Part shown: positions 9,499-18,564 of the stretch, in pieces
Layout: the number at the start of each line of letters is the position of its first letter
How positions within the stretch are numbered: position 1 is the stretch's first letter
Source of the DNA: Thraustochytrium aureum
Taxonomy: Eukaryota
Direction: 5' to 3'
NCBI GenBank assembly: GCA_012862495.1
Contig: BLSG01000125.1
Location: 66,784-86,783, forward strand
Length of the DNA: 20,000 bases
Made by a program: the position numbers and the translations under genes
The notes under the pieces: generated by a model
What the model was told of the DNA's origin: nothing
Databases searched by the model: none
Seen by the model: the letters and a program-made list of their open reading frames with translations, nothing else

Positions 9499-10452
9499 TC
9501 AAGCAGAGGCCGGCGATGACGCCGCTTGAATAGCTGCCTGCAATTGAACCGCCTTGTCGCGCAAAACGCGGCAGGCGCGGCGAAATATTTCTGCCGCATC
9601 AATCATGCCGACGGACTCGATCGAAACGATAAAGTGGTGGCGGTCACGTTCCAGAGTGACCACGTCGCTCCAGCCGTCCGGGCGAGTGCACTCCCTGCAC
9701 ATGGTGCAGTCCAAGGGCCGCGCTGCCACAAGGTGGCCAGAGTCTTCGATGTCAAAAACCTTCTTCGGGCAGCACGCCTGAATGGCTTCCGCGCGGTCGC
9801 CGATCGCCTCCTGATTGATCCCAATTCGGGGCATCAAGCGGAACGAGGCAGTCGCTACAGGCGAAAACTTTGCGTGCTCCTTGCCCACCCCGATGCGCAA
9901 CTGTGCAACGAACCACACGCGCTGTCCAGGGAGCAGTTTGGCCAAAGGGATATCGCCGTGGATCGGGCCGGGGAAAGGCAAACCCTTCGCTTCGTAGAGG
10001 GCCTTGAGCTCGACATTCTTGTCGTCCTGCGGCCGCAAGTCGGACGACAAAACGACGTTGTCGGTCTCGCCGTCGACGCACTGCTTCAGCAGCTCAAAGT
10101 AGACACTGTCAACTCCGGCCTCCTTCAGCATCTCAGGGTCAATGTTGAATGGGACGAGACCAACGCGGTGGGCCAGGATCTCGTCCTGTATGATCGAGGT
10201 GTTGTCTGCCAGCCCGATCGTGTCGATCGCCACTGACTCCACCTCGGCAATCATGATTCGGCGAAGCGCGTTTACGACCGCGGCGTCTGCGTTTTTCATC
10301 TCAAACACGAGCAGCCCAGTCCCATCGTCGTCCTTCCTTCTCTCGAGCACGTTAAACTCGACGTCGTTGAACGAAAGCGTCCTTGCCTGTTCGTTTGGGT
10401 CGGCGCTGTGGACCGTGCTCGGGGCGTCGTGCCTGACGCGAATCCAGTCCAT
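9499..10452 (-). CDS. POLR1C: DNA-directed RNA polymerase I and III shared subunit RPAC1 (RPC40/AC40)
   Basis: ATG at 10452 (317 aa). Motifs NALRRIMIAEV, NTSIIQDEILAHRVGLVP, AKLLPGQ, GVGKEHAKFSPVATASFRLMP, CCPKKVFDIE, CTMCREC and HFIVSIESVG. Confidence 0.95.
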   Translation of the reverse strand: MDWIRVRHDAPSTVHSADPNEQARTLSFNDVEFNVLERRKDDDGTGLLVFEMKNADAAVVNALRRIMIAEVESVAIDTIGLADNTSIIQDEILAHRVGLVPFNIDPEMLKEAGVDSVYFELLKQCVDGETDNVVLSSDLRPQDDKNVELKALYEAKGLPFPGPIHGDIPLAKLLPGQRVWFVAQLRIGVGKEHAKFSPVATASFRLMPRIGINQEAIGDRAEAIQACCPKKVFDIEDSGHLVAARPLDCTMCRECTRPDGWSDVVTLERDRHHFIVSIESVGMIDAAEIFRRACRVLRDKAVQLQAAIQAASSPASA

Positions 10453-11220
10453 GGCGCAGCTCGCGTCAGCGCTGTGCCGCCTCGCACGCAGACCAGCTCG
10501 CCGCGGGACCCTAGGTGCCACCGCAGTCGCACGAACCGCCTGGCAGGCTNNNNNNNNNNNNNNNNNNNNNNNNNNNNNNNNNNNNNNNNNNNNNNNNNNN
10601 NNNNNNNNNNNNNNNNNNNNNNNNNNNNNNNNNNNNNNNNNNNNNNNNNNNNNNNNNNNNNNNNNNNNNNNNNNNNNNNNNNNNNNNNNNNNNNNNNNNN
10701 NNNNNNNNNNNNNNNNNNNNNNNNNNNNNNNNNNNNNNNNNNNNNNNNNNNNNNNNNNNNNNNNNNNNNNNNNNNNNNNNNNNNNNNNNNNNNNNNNNNN
10801 NNNNNNNNNNNNNNNNNNNNNNNNNNNNNNNNNNNNNNNNNNNNNNNNNNNNNNNNNNNNNNNNNNNNNNNNNNNNNNNNNNNNNNNNNNNNNNNNNNNN
10901 NNNNNNNNNNNNNNNNNNNNNNNNNNNNNNNNNNNNNNNNNNNNNNNNNNNNNNNNNNNNNNNNNNNNNNNNNNNNNNNNNNNNNNNNNNNNNNNNNNNN
11001 NNNNNNNNNNNNNNNNNNNNNNNNNNNNNNNNNNNNNNNNNNNNNNNNNNNNNNNNNNNNNNNNNNNNNNNNNNNNNNNNNNNNNNNNNNNNNNNNNNNN
11101 NNNNNNNNNNNNNNNNNNNNNNNNNNNNNNNNNNNNNNNNNNNNNNNNNNNNNNNNNNNNNNNNNNNNNNNNNNNNNNNNNNNNNCCCCGCTCGCAAACG
11201 CAAAACAAGCCCCCAGTGCC

Positions 11221-12669
11221 ATGGAGGAGTGCGACGACGGCGCCGTCCAAGACATGGAGAAGGAGCTGGGAGACGAAGAGGAAGAACCGCGCCCCAAAAC
11301 GCTTTTATACCAACCCGGCATCGACAACCTCGACGACAACGAGAAGCTCGAGTACGACAACAGCGCCTACATGATGCTTCACCAGCTCAAGGTCGAGTTC
11401 CCCTTCCTCAGCTTTGACTTTGTGCGGGACACTCTTGGCGAGCACCGCGTAAAGTTTCCAAAGACTGCGTATATGGTGGGCGGCACGCAAGCCGCCCAGC
11501 CGAACATGCACAAGCTCATGGTCCTGCGAATGTCAGAGATGCACCGAACACGGAAAGACAGGCTTGAAGGCGAGTCCGACTCGGACTCGGACGACGACTC
11601 TGATCCGGACGACGACAACGACCTAGACGACGACGCCATTGTGGACAGCCGCAGCGTCAAGCATACCGGCGCCGTGAACCGCGTGCGGTCCATGCCCCAG
11701 CACCCGAATATCGTTGCCTCCTGGAGCGACGCGGGGCGCGTGTACATGTGGGACCTAGCGCCCCAGCTAGCCTCGCTCGGCGCCATGCCTGCGTCAGCGG
11801 CCTCAAGCCGCGCGGTCACCGAGACCCTTCCCATCTTTGCGTTTAAGGGCCACAAGGACGAGGGCTACGCGCTGGACTGGTCCCCGGCGCGCGCTGGTCG
11901 TCTTGCGAGCGGGGATTGCAAACGCTTTATCTACTTGTGGGACGTCGGCCCCGACGGCCGCTGCGTTGTGGACGACACGCCTTTCGCGGGCCACACAAAG
12001 TCTGTGGAGGACCTGCAGTGGTCCCCAAATGAGGAAAATGTCTTCGCATCCTGCTCGGTTGACTTGAGCGTGCGCGTCTGGGACGCCGTGAGCGCAAGCG
12101 CTCATTGGCGAGATCGACAAGGCGCACACCGGAAGACGGTCAACGTGATCTCGTGGAACCGCAAGGTGCCCTATCTTTTGGCGTCCGGCTCGGACGACGG
12201 GGCCATTAAAGTGTGGGACCTGCGCATGTTGGGCCCCAAGGCTGCGCAGGGCGCTCCTCATGCAGCAGCTGTGCAGCCGGTTGGCCACTTTGTCTGGCAC
12301 CGCGCTCCGATCACGTCGATAGAGTGGCACCCGCAAGATGACACCGTCCTCGTCGCCGCAGGTGCCGACAACCAGGTCACTGTGTGGGACTTTGGCTTGG
12401 AAGAGGACCCCGAGCAGGCCAACCTGGGCCCGCGCCTCCAAGCCGAAGTCGTTGGGAGCTCGGGCCAAAAGGTTAATATCCCCCCGCAACTTTTGTTCGT
12501 TCACCAGGGTCAGAACGACGTCAAGGAGGTGCATTTCCACAGCCAGATTCCGGGCATGTTGGGGAGCACGGCAGCGGACGGCTTCCATGTTTTCATCCCT
12601 GAGCCATTGGACCCAAGGGGCATTGCCAAGTACCTTGCGCCTGAGCCAGCATGCGTCCCGTCCACCTGA
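11221..12669 (+). CDS. GRWD1: Glutamate-rich WD repeat protein 1 (GRWD1/Rrb1), ribosomal protein uL3 chaperone; true start may lie in gap 10550-11185
   Basis: LEYDNSAYMMLH, FPFLSFD, YMVGGTQA, an acidic DSDSDDD tract, GAVNRVR, EGYALDWSP, GHTKSVEDLQWSPNEENVFASCSVD, ITSIEWHP and PPQLLFVHQGQNDVKEVHFHSQIPG. The frame is open back to the gap edge at 11186. Confidence 0.93.
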   Translation: MEECDDGAVQDMEKELGDEEEEPRPKTLLYQPGIDNLDDNEKLEYDNSAYMMLHQLKVEFPFLSFDFVRDTLGEHRVKFPKTAYMVGGTQAAQPNMHKLMVLRMSEMHRTRKDRLEGESDSDSDDDSDPDDDNDLDDDAIVDSRSVKHTGAVNRVRSMPQHPNIVASWSDAGRVYMWDLAPQLASLGAMPASAASSRAVTETLPIFAFKGHKDEGYALDWSPARAGRLASGDCKRFIYLWDVGPDGRCVVDDTPFAGHTKSVEDLQWSPNEENVFASCSVDLSVRVWDAVSASAHWRDRQGAHRKTVNVISWNRKVPYLLASGSDDGAIKVWDLRMLGPKAAQGAPHAAAVQPVGHFVWHRAPITSIEWHPQDDTVLVAAGADNQVTVWDFGLEEDPEQANLGPRLQAEVVGSSGQKVNIPPQLLFVHQGQNDVKEVHFHSQIPGMLGSTAADGFHVFIPEPLDPRGIAKYLAPEPACVPST

Positions 12670-12897
12670 GCTCCCGCACGGCGCCAGCAAGTGCCATGTT
12701 TGCTGTGTTTCAATTTTCAATTGCGCCGCGAGGCGCCGCGGCCCAACCTACCACGTCCGTACAAGCTCGAGCTCAACTAGCTAGCTCTAGCTAGAGTAGA
12801 GAGAGCCTACGAGAGTAGAGTGTGAGATTGTGAGGCTGGGGATGGGACTCCTTGGGGGCCAGCGGCCGCTTTCTTCAAAGAAAAAATTGTTTAGCTT

Positions 12898-15800
12898 TTA
12901 CGCCAAGTCGAGGCCCGCGAGGCCGGCCTTGAAGCGGTCCACCGCCTTGACGATGTCCTCCATGGAGGTCGCGTAAGAGAAGCGAACGCCAAACGAGCCA
13001 CCAAAGGCGTCACCCGGGGGCAGCGCTAGGCCGTGCTCTTCAATCAAGTAAGTGCAGAGCTGCGTGGAGTCGTCGACGACGCGCCCCGTCGCGCGGGATT
13101 TGGCGCCCTTGCCAAGATAGTATGAGATGTCCGGGAACACGTAAAAGGCTCCACGCGGCGTCGGGCAGACCACGTTGGGGATCTCACTCAGCGAAGCAAC
13201 GATGGCGTCGCGCTTTCGCTCCAGCTCGGCGTAGAGCGGCGCCAGCATCTCGTCGGTCACCTCGCGCAGGGCGGCGACGCCAGCGAACTGCGAGATGGAG
13301 CTCGCACACGAATTGAGCTGTGATTGCAGCTTGAGGCAGGCGCCGACGATGGTGCGGTTGGAGCATGCCAGGTATCCAAGGCGGAACCCGGTCATGGCAT
13401 ACCCTTTCGCAAAGCCGTTCACGAGAATCGTGCGGTCCTTCATCCCAGGCAGGGCAGCGAAAGAAACGTGCTCGAGGCCGTCGTAAGTGAGCCGCTCGTA
13501 AATCTCGTCCGACAAGACAAGGACGTGGGCGAATTCGGGCTTGCGCAGGACGGCGGCAAGCGCCTCAAGCTCGTCTCGCGAGTAGGTGCACCCCGTCGGG
13601 TTGCACGGGTTGCACAGGATGAGCACGCGCGTGCGCGGCGAGAGCACAGACTCGAGCTCAGCGCCACTCAGCACGTACCCCGCCTCAGGACGCCGCTGGA
13701 CAAACACAGGCGTCGCGCCGCTCAAAAGGGCGATGTCCGGGTACGAGACCCAGAACGGGGCAGGGATGACCACCTCGTCCCCTTCCTCGCAGAGGCACAT
13801 AATGGCGCAAAAGATGGCTTGCTTGCCGCCGTGCGTGACGAGGATCTCTGCCCCTGGGTCGTAAAAGACGCCCTTGCGGGTGGCGTAGTCGTCTGAAATC
13901 GCCTGCTTGAGCTCAAACAGGCCGCCGACAGCAGTGTAACGCGTCATTCCAGCCGCGCCGGCGGCCGCGAGGGCCCGGAGAATCGGTTCGGGCGGCGCGA
14001 AATCCGGCTCGCCAACCGTCAGAGTGGTAACAATATCCTTGCCCTGCCGCTTGAGCTCTAGCGCGAGGGCGTGCGTCTCTGAAGTCTTGGACGGCTTGAT
14101 GCGCCCCACAAACCGACTGAGACGAGTCTCGGACGGCGCCGCCTTGGCGGGGCTCGGGCCTGCGCCCTCAAGGTCACGCAGCTGCTTGGTAATGGATTGC
14201 ATGGCCTCTTGCAATGCGCCGAGCTGCTCGGAAGAATGCGGGTTGCACTTGTAGAGTGCGTGGAAGAGGTCAAACGAGTCCTTGCAGGTGTTGTCAACAA
14301 GGCTGAGCAAGGTTTCGAACCCCTTGGTGTTGATCGGCGTGCTCCGCAACTTGAGCTTCTCCAAAACCCTGCCAGTAAAGTGCGTCACAAACTGCGAGCC
14401 AGCGGCAGCCTCGTCGTGGATCTCGCAGGACATGTCGACCATTCGGCAGCCGGCCTTGCGAAACATGTCAAGGAAGCGCTCGCAGCGCCGGTCGGCCTCC
14501 ACGAGGTCGGAGGTGTTGACGCGCACCTTCTCGTAGACGCAAGGGAGTCCTCGCCACGAGTACTTGCCAGACTCTGGGCCAAACATCGGATGCGTGCACA
14601 AGATGTCCGCGGAGGCGGGCAGAAGGACTTGCAGCACATTCTTCGGGAGCGTCTTGACCGAGAGCACGTCGACCACAAGCACGCCTTGCAAAAGGTCCAT
14701 CGGGAGTCGGCGCACGACGCTTTCGAAGGAGAGGATCGAAACACTGATGACCAGGCAGTCCAAACCGCCCGCTTGGGCAAACATTGCGCCAACGTCGGCG
14801 CTAAAGTGGACGCCGAGATTGTCTGCCAACAGACTGTAGTCGGACCGCGAGCAGGCGTACACCTCGTGATACTTGGTGAAGGTCTTCGCCAAGAACTGGC
14901 CAAAGTTGCCGAACCCGACGATACCGATCTTGAGGCGCCCGCCCGCCGCGGGTGCCGCTTCGGAGGACGTCCCCGCGGCCAACGCGTCGCAAGCTCCACT
15001 TGCGAGCCTGGCTTTAGCGCTCGCAAGCGCCGTTTTCCCGTGCTGGACGCCAACAGACGCAGCCACGTAGTCGTGGAGAACCCCCCCGCTCGGATACGAC
15101 CCGAGGATGCGAAGAAAGCTCGCGAGCTCGGAGAGGTGGCGCAGCGCATTTTGGAGCCGCGGGTCGGCCAGGCTGCCGACACAGTCGACGTAAAACATGG
15201 CTTGGAAGCGCGGGTCGTCCTCTGCGCGGCCAGCGTCGTCCTCGCCCTCTCCAGCTGCCTCAAGCTCGCCAAACTTGAGCCGCTCGAGGAGCTCGCGGTC
15301 TTGCAACGGGATCTGCTGCACGTCGCTAGGGCCGTCCACGACGATGTGGCGCCCTTTGAGGCGCAGTTTGTTTGGCCGTGACTCGAGCTTGGTGAGGCTG
15401 ATGTCGCGAAACGAGAACGCGGACAAGGCCTTGACGAGAACGCCTTGATAGTTGACCAGGCTGAAAACCATCGTGGTCTTCCAAGGGCGCGGCCCAGCCG
15501 GCGCGCTGCGCTCGAGTGGTAGCCAGCGCCTGGAGAGGAGCAAGAACCGCGTGTAATTGTTGTCGTCGTCTTCGATTCCGGCTTCGAGGACTTCGAGCCC
15601 GTAACGCTCAGCAGCGAGTGCCGACGCGATGGCGGCACACTTGCCCATTTGCCCATCGCGGTTCTCGGCGATCATTTTCGCACTGCCCGCGGTGTCGTAA
15701 GCCGACTCACCCGTCAGGTTCTTGCCTCGCAAGTACCCGTCGCACTGCGCAAGTGCTTGGGGGTGGCTCAGCACGCGCTCGATGTCGGCTTCCTTGGTCC

Positions 15801-16110
15801 CGGGCGTCACCATGAGGCAGTGTCGAACACGAAACTCGAGCTCGGCCACGATGAAAAAATCGTGCCGCAGCTGAAGGTCATAGTTGGCGTGAATCGTCCC
15901 GCCCAGGCTGTTCTCAATTGGCAAGACAGCGTAGCGAGCCTCGCCGCTCTCGACGGCTCGAAAGCATTTCTCGAACGAGTCATACCCACGGCACACGACG
16001 TGCGGGTCGCTCGAGCCAAGCAGCTCGAGAGCAGCTTGCTCCGAGTAAGCACCGAGTTCGCCTTGAAAGGCGACCACGAACTCGTTCGCTTCCCTCCCTC
16101 CCTCGGCCAT
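12898..16110 (-). CDS. Trifunctional fusion: arogenate/prephenate dehydratase + ACT (about 16080-15090), arogenate dehydrogenase TyrA (about 14940-14170), class Ib aspartate/prephenate aminotransferase (about 14125-12898)
   Basis: One uninterrupted 1070-aa ORF from ATG 16110. Dehydratase: VAFQGELGAYSE, LPIENSLGG, VLSHPQALAQC, DTAGSA, NYTRF, LTKLESRP, LRILGSYP. Dehydrogenase: IGIVGFGNFGQF, VDVLSVK, THPMFGPESG, HDEAAAGSQFVTH. Aminotransferase: IKPSKT, GEPDF, HGGKQ, NPCNPTG, SDEIYE, NGFAKGYAMTGFRLG (PLP Lys at 13405-13407), GAFYVFP, VRFSYA. Confidence 0.96.
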   Translation of the reverse strand: MAEGGREANEFVVAFQGELGAYSEQAALELLGSSDPHVVCRGYDSFEKCFRAVESGEARYAVLPIENSLGGTIHANYDLQLRHDFFIVAELEFRVRHCLMVTPGTKEADIERVLSHPQALAQCDGYLRGKNLTGESAYDTAGSAKMIAENRDGQMGKCAAIASALAAERYGLEVLEAGIEDDDNNYTRFLLLSRRWLPLERSAPAGPRPWKTTMVFSLVNYQGVLVKALSAFSFRDISLTKLESRPNKLRLKGRHIVVDGPSDVQQIPLQDRELLERLKFGELEAAGEGEDDAGRAEDDPRFQAMFYVDCVGSLADPRLQNALRHLSELASFLRILGSYPSGGVLHDYVAASVGVQHGKTALASAKARLASGACDALAAGTSSEAAPAAGGRLKIGIVGFGNFGQFLAKTFTKYHEVYACSRSDYSLLADNLGVHFSADVGAMFAQAGGLDCLVISVSILSFESVVRRLPMDLLQGVLVVDVLSVKTLPKNVLQVLLPASADILCTHPMFGPESGKYSWRGLPCVYEKVRVNTSDLVEADRRCERFLDMFRKAGCRMVDMSCEIHDEAAAGSQFVTHFTGRVLEKLKLRSTPINTKGFETLLSLVDNTCKDSFDLFHALYKCNPHSSEQLGALQEAMQSITKQLRDLEGAGPSPAKAAPSETRLSRFVGRIKPSKTSETHALALELKRQGKDIVTTLTVGEPDFAPPEPILRALAAAGAAGMTRYTAVGGLFELKQAISDDYATRKGVFYDPGAEILVTHGGKQAIFCAIMCLCEEGDEVVIPAPFWVSYPDIALLSGATPVFVQRRPEAGYVLSGAELESVLSPRTRVLILCNPCNPTGCTYSRDELEALAAVLRKPEFAHVLVLSDEIYERLTYDGLEHVSFAALPGMKDRTILVNGFAKGYAMTGFRLGYLACSNRTIVGACLKLQSQLNSCASSISQFAGVAALREVTDEMLAPLYAELERKRDAIVASLSEIPNVVCPTPRGAFYVFPDISYYLGKGAKSRATGRVVDDSTQLCTYLIEEHGLALPPGDAFGGSFGVRFSYATSMEDIVKAVDRFKAGLAGLDLA

Positions 16111-16534
16111 GATGCTTGCGCAGGTGTCGGCTGCGGCGGCTGTTCTTGATGGACCGGTCCGGACCGTCTGGGAGCTCTCGAGCGAACGACGCCAGCTGGC
16201 GAGCCTCGAAGCAGATGGGCAAGCCAACCAAGCTGCTCAAGCTCTCTCTAGCTAGCTAGCTACCTCCGCCCTAGCCAAGGCTTGCAAGCACTTCTCGCCT
16301 TTGCTTGCTTCCTTCCACCCACGCGCGCCTCAGGCTCTCTCTGCTCTGTCTGTCTGTCTGTCAGTCGTCGACCGCACGGTGCGGTGCGCCTGTGAACTGG
16401 CCTGGCCAGCCAAGCAACAAAGAAGCTACTTCTTCCTCGTCGTTGCCAAGGTGCTCGCAGCTTGTTGCCGCGACGCTCCGTCCGTCGTCACCTCTGTCCG
16501 TCCCAAAATATCCGCCTTTTCCCGGCTTCGAGGT

Positions 16535-16586
16535 GAGATCCGTCGTGGCGTCGGAAACAACAGAGATCCGTCGCGGCGTCGGAAAC
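16535..16586 (+). repeat. Two-copy 24-nt direct repeat (gagatccgtcgYggcgtcggaaac), period 28
   Basis: Copies at 16535-16558 and 16563-16586 with one mismatch, upstream of the fusion gene. Confidence 0.85.
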
Positions 16587-17342
16587 CTCGAAACTTCTGT
16601 ACCTACCCGCACCCGCTAGCGTCGCACTTCGCCAGCACCGGCATGGGCAAGCCGCGCAAACGATCCTTGAAGTGAAGTGGGCATGCTCCGTTTGCAAATG
16701 AAGAATTATTGGTCGGATGAGTAAGTTGAATTATTGGGTTGGTGGGCAAATTGGGATCGCAGCGATCCGAGGTCACGTTGTTCCTCTGTCGCGCATCGTT
16801 TGCCGCACAGCTTCTATGTCGCAATATTCTGTTCGATGAAGAAGTGGACACATAGCCTTAGCGCAGCCCATCTGTGACTAGCAGACAGCGATAAGGCCCC
16901 TCGCTCAAGTTCCCAGCGTGTTCTGTTGAGCAACCCAATCGTGGCCTTAATTAAACCGCAGCCGATCTGCAAGTAGGACAGCCAGCAAACAAGTCACTCG
17001 CTCAAGTACCCANNNNNNNNNNNNNNNNNNNNNNNNNNNNNNNNNNNNNNNNNNNNNNNNNNNNNNNNNNNNNNNNNNNNNNNNNNNNNNNNNNNNNNNN
17101 NNNNNNNNNNNNNNNNNNNNNNNNNNNNNNNNNNNNNNNNNNNNNNNNNNNNNNNNNNNNNNNNNNNNNNNNNNNNNNNNNNNNNNNNNNNNNNNNNNNN
17201 NNNNNNNNNNNNNNNNNNNNNNNNNNNNNNNNNNNNNNNNNNNNNNNNNNNNNNNNNNNNNNNNNNNNAGCAAAACTTGCAGTTGTGCGTTTAGGTATTA
17301 TCATCAGCAGAGTACAAGTACAATCAGTCGATCTTGGGCTAC

Positions 17343-18564
17343 CTACGCCTGCTGCCCTGCGAGCCTGTCAGAGGCAAATCCCTCCGAGTCGAGAATCGGG
17401 AGCACCATCCGGCCCAGGTACCAACCAGCTGCGAGCGCAAGCACGTGGGACGCGACCTGAGGCAGTACATTCCAAACCCAGCTCCCTCCACCAAATCGAG
17501 CACGCCGACAACTCATCTCGTTTTCCACTTGAGGCGATTGCCAAGGAAAACCAAAGCACCACAGAGCGTCGAACCATGAGACCCAGACACGCGCCTTTGA
17601 GAACGAGTGCTTTGACATGTGGAAATCGCCCGCGCGTGCGCGAGCTTGAGTCTCGCGTCTCTGCCGGCGCCTCTCGCCCCTATCGTCAAACCGGACAGCT
17701 GGATGCTGCTGGTTCCTGGATCTGGGCGTGGAACAAGAGTCTCCTGCTGGAGAGCTTGCTTTGGCATGCGCGTTCCCTCGGTGGGTGGCGCGCCTCGGCT
17801 TCGTGCGGGCCTTGACCCGAAACGCCGTGCTGTTGCCCACCAGTACTGTCGTCCCGGGTGCCCTGTCTTTCCTCCTTGCCGGAGCCCCAGGCGAGCGCCG
17901 ATGTTTGATCCACGAATCGGTCTCCAAGCGGCGGAGGAGAAGCAAACGTCGCCGGCGGCGCGTGTGCGCCGAGGATGGGCGGAGCTCTTCCGCCATACCG
18001 GAGGCGGCGGGCTTTGACCGCTGCCGCTGCAGCTGCTTGAACTTCGCAAGAGGCCGTGGTCGGCGACGGCGTGTACCGCACCTCATCGCGCTGATCCAAA
18101 ACCGTTCGCCACGAATCGACGCCTCTGAATGAATCTGTGGCCTCGAGATCATCAGCTGGCCCAACACAGCCGACAGAGTGCGTAGAGTATGGCGAAGCCA
18201 ACCTCCTGCGTACTCGTAGCGACTCGATCACCTCTGTCGAGCGCTGTAGGAAGGCAGAGTCCACGCCTTCCAGGGAGACAGCGAGACCGAGCGAGCGCTC
18301 TGCTTGCGCGATAGAGTCGTGTCCTTCCAGCAAACCTGCAGCTGCACCAATGCCCATGCCCATCCCAAAGGCTGCCGTCAGCCCATCTGGCGTGCGGCGT
18401 GTCGGCAGCAGTTCTTGTGCGTACGTCTCAGCCCAGTCCTCCAGCTCGCGTTCGCTACAGCGCGAAGCCGCACTTGAGTTCGGCCTGGAGGGTACCGTTT
18501 CGTCGAGGACAACCCAGGAGGCGTCAGGTCCGCTGAGGGTGCGTTGCGGGGCGCCGCCCTCCAT
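17343..18564 (-). CDS. Putative tail-anchored autophagy-receptor-like protein (BNIP3/NIX-like architecture), about 406 aa, with an apparent 1-nt frame break near 18050
   Basis: ORF 17686..18564 supplies the N-terminus (MEGGAPQRTLSGPDASWVVLDE...). The overlapping ORF 17343..18167 supplies the C-terminus with the TM segment LPQVASHVLALAAGWYLGRM. Removing one base in acg gcc t ctt gcg aag gives ...TPSPTTALAKFKQLQRQR... continuously. Confidence 0.6.

Larger units (their letters stand above)
1189..17268. other. Assembly gaps (N runs) at 1189-1373, 6566-6787, 8371-8929, 10550-11185 and 17013-17268
   Basis: Runs of n in the sequence; reading frames across them cannot be trusted. Confidence 1.

Noticed and set aside
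14197..15656. 394-aa (+) and 423-aa (-) ORFs overlapping the fusion gene
   Set aside because: Antisense or alternative-frame shadows expected from high GC3 codon bias.
16111..16227. Ser/Arg/Ala-rich upstream extension as a transit peptide for the fusion enzyme
   Set aside because: It begins at TTG and has no in-frame ATG before 16110, so it is most likely 5' UTR.
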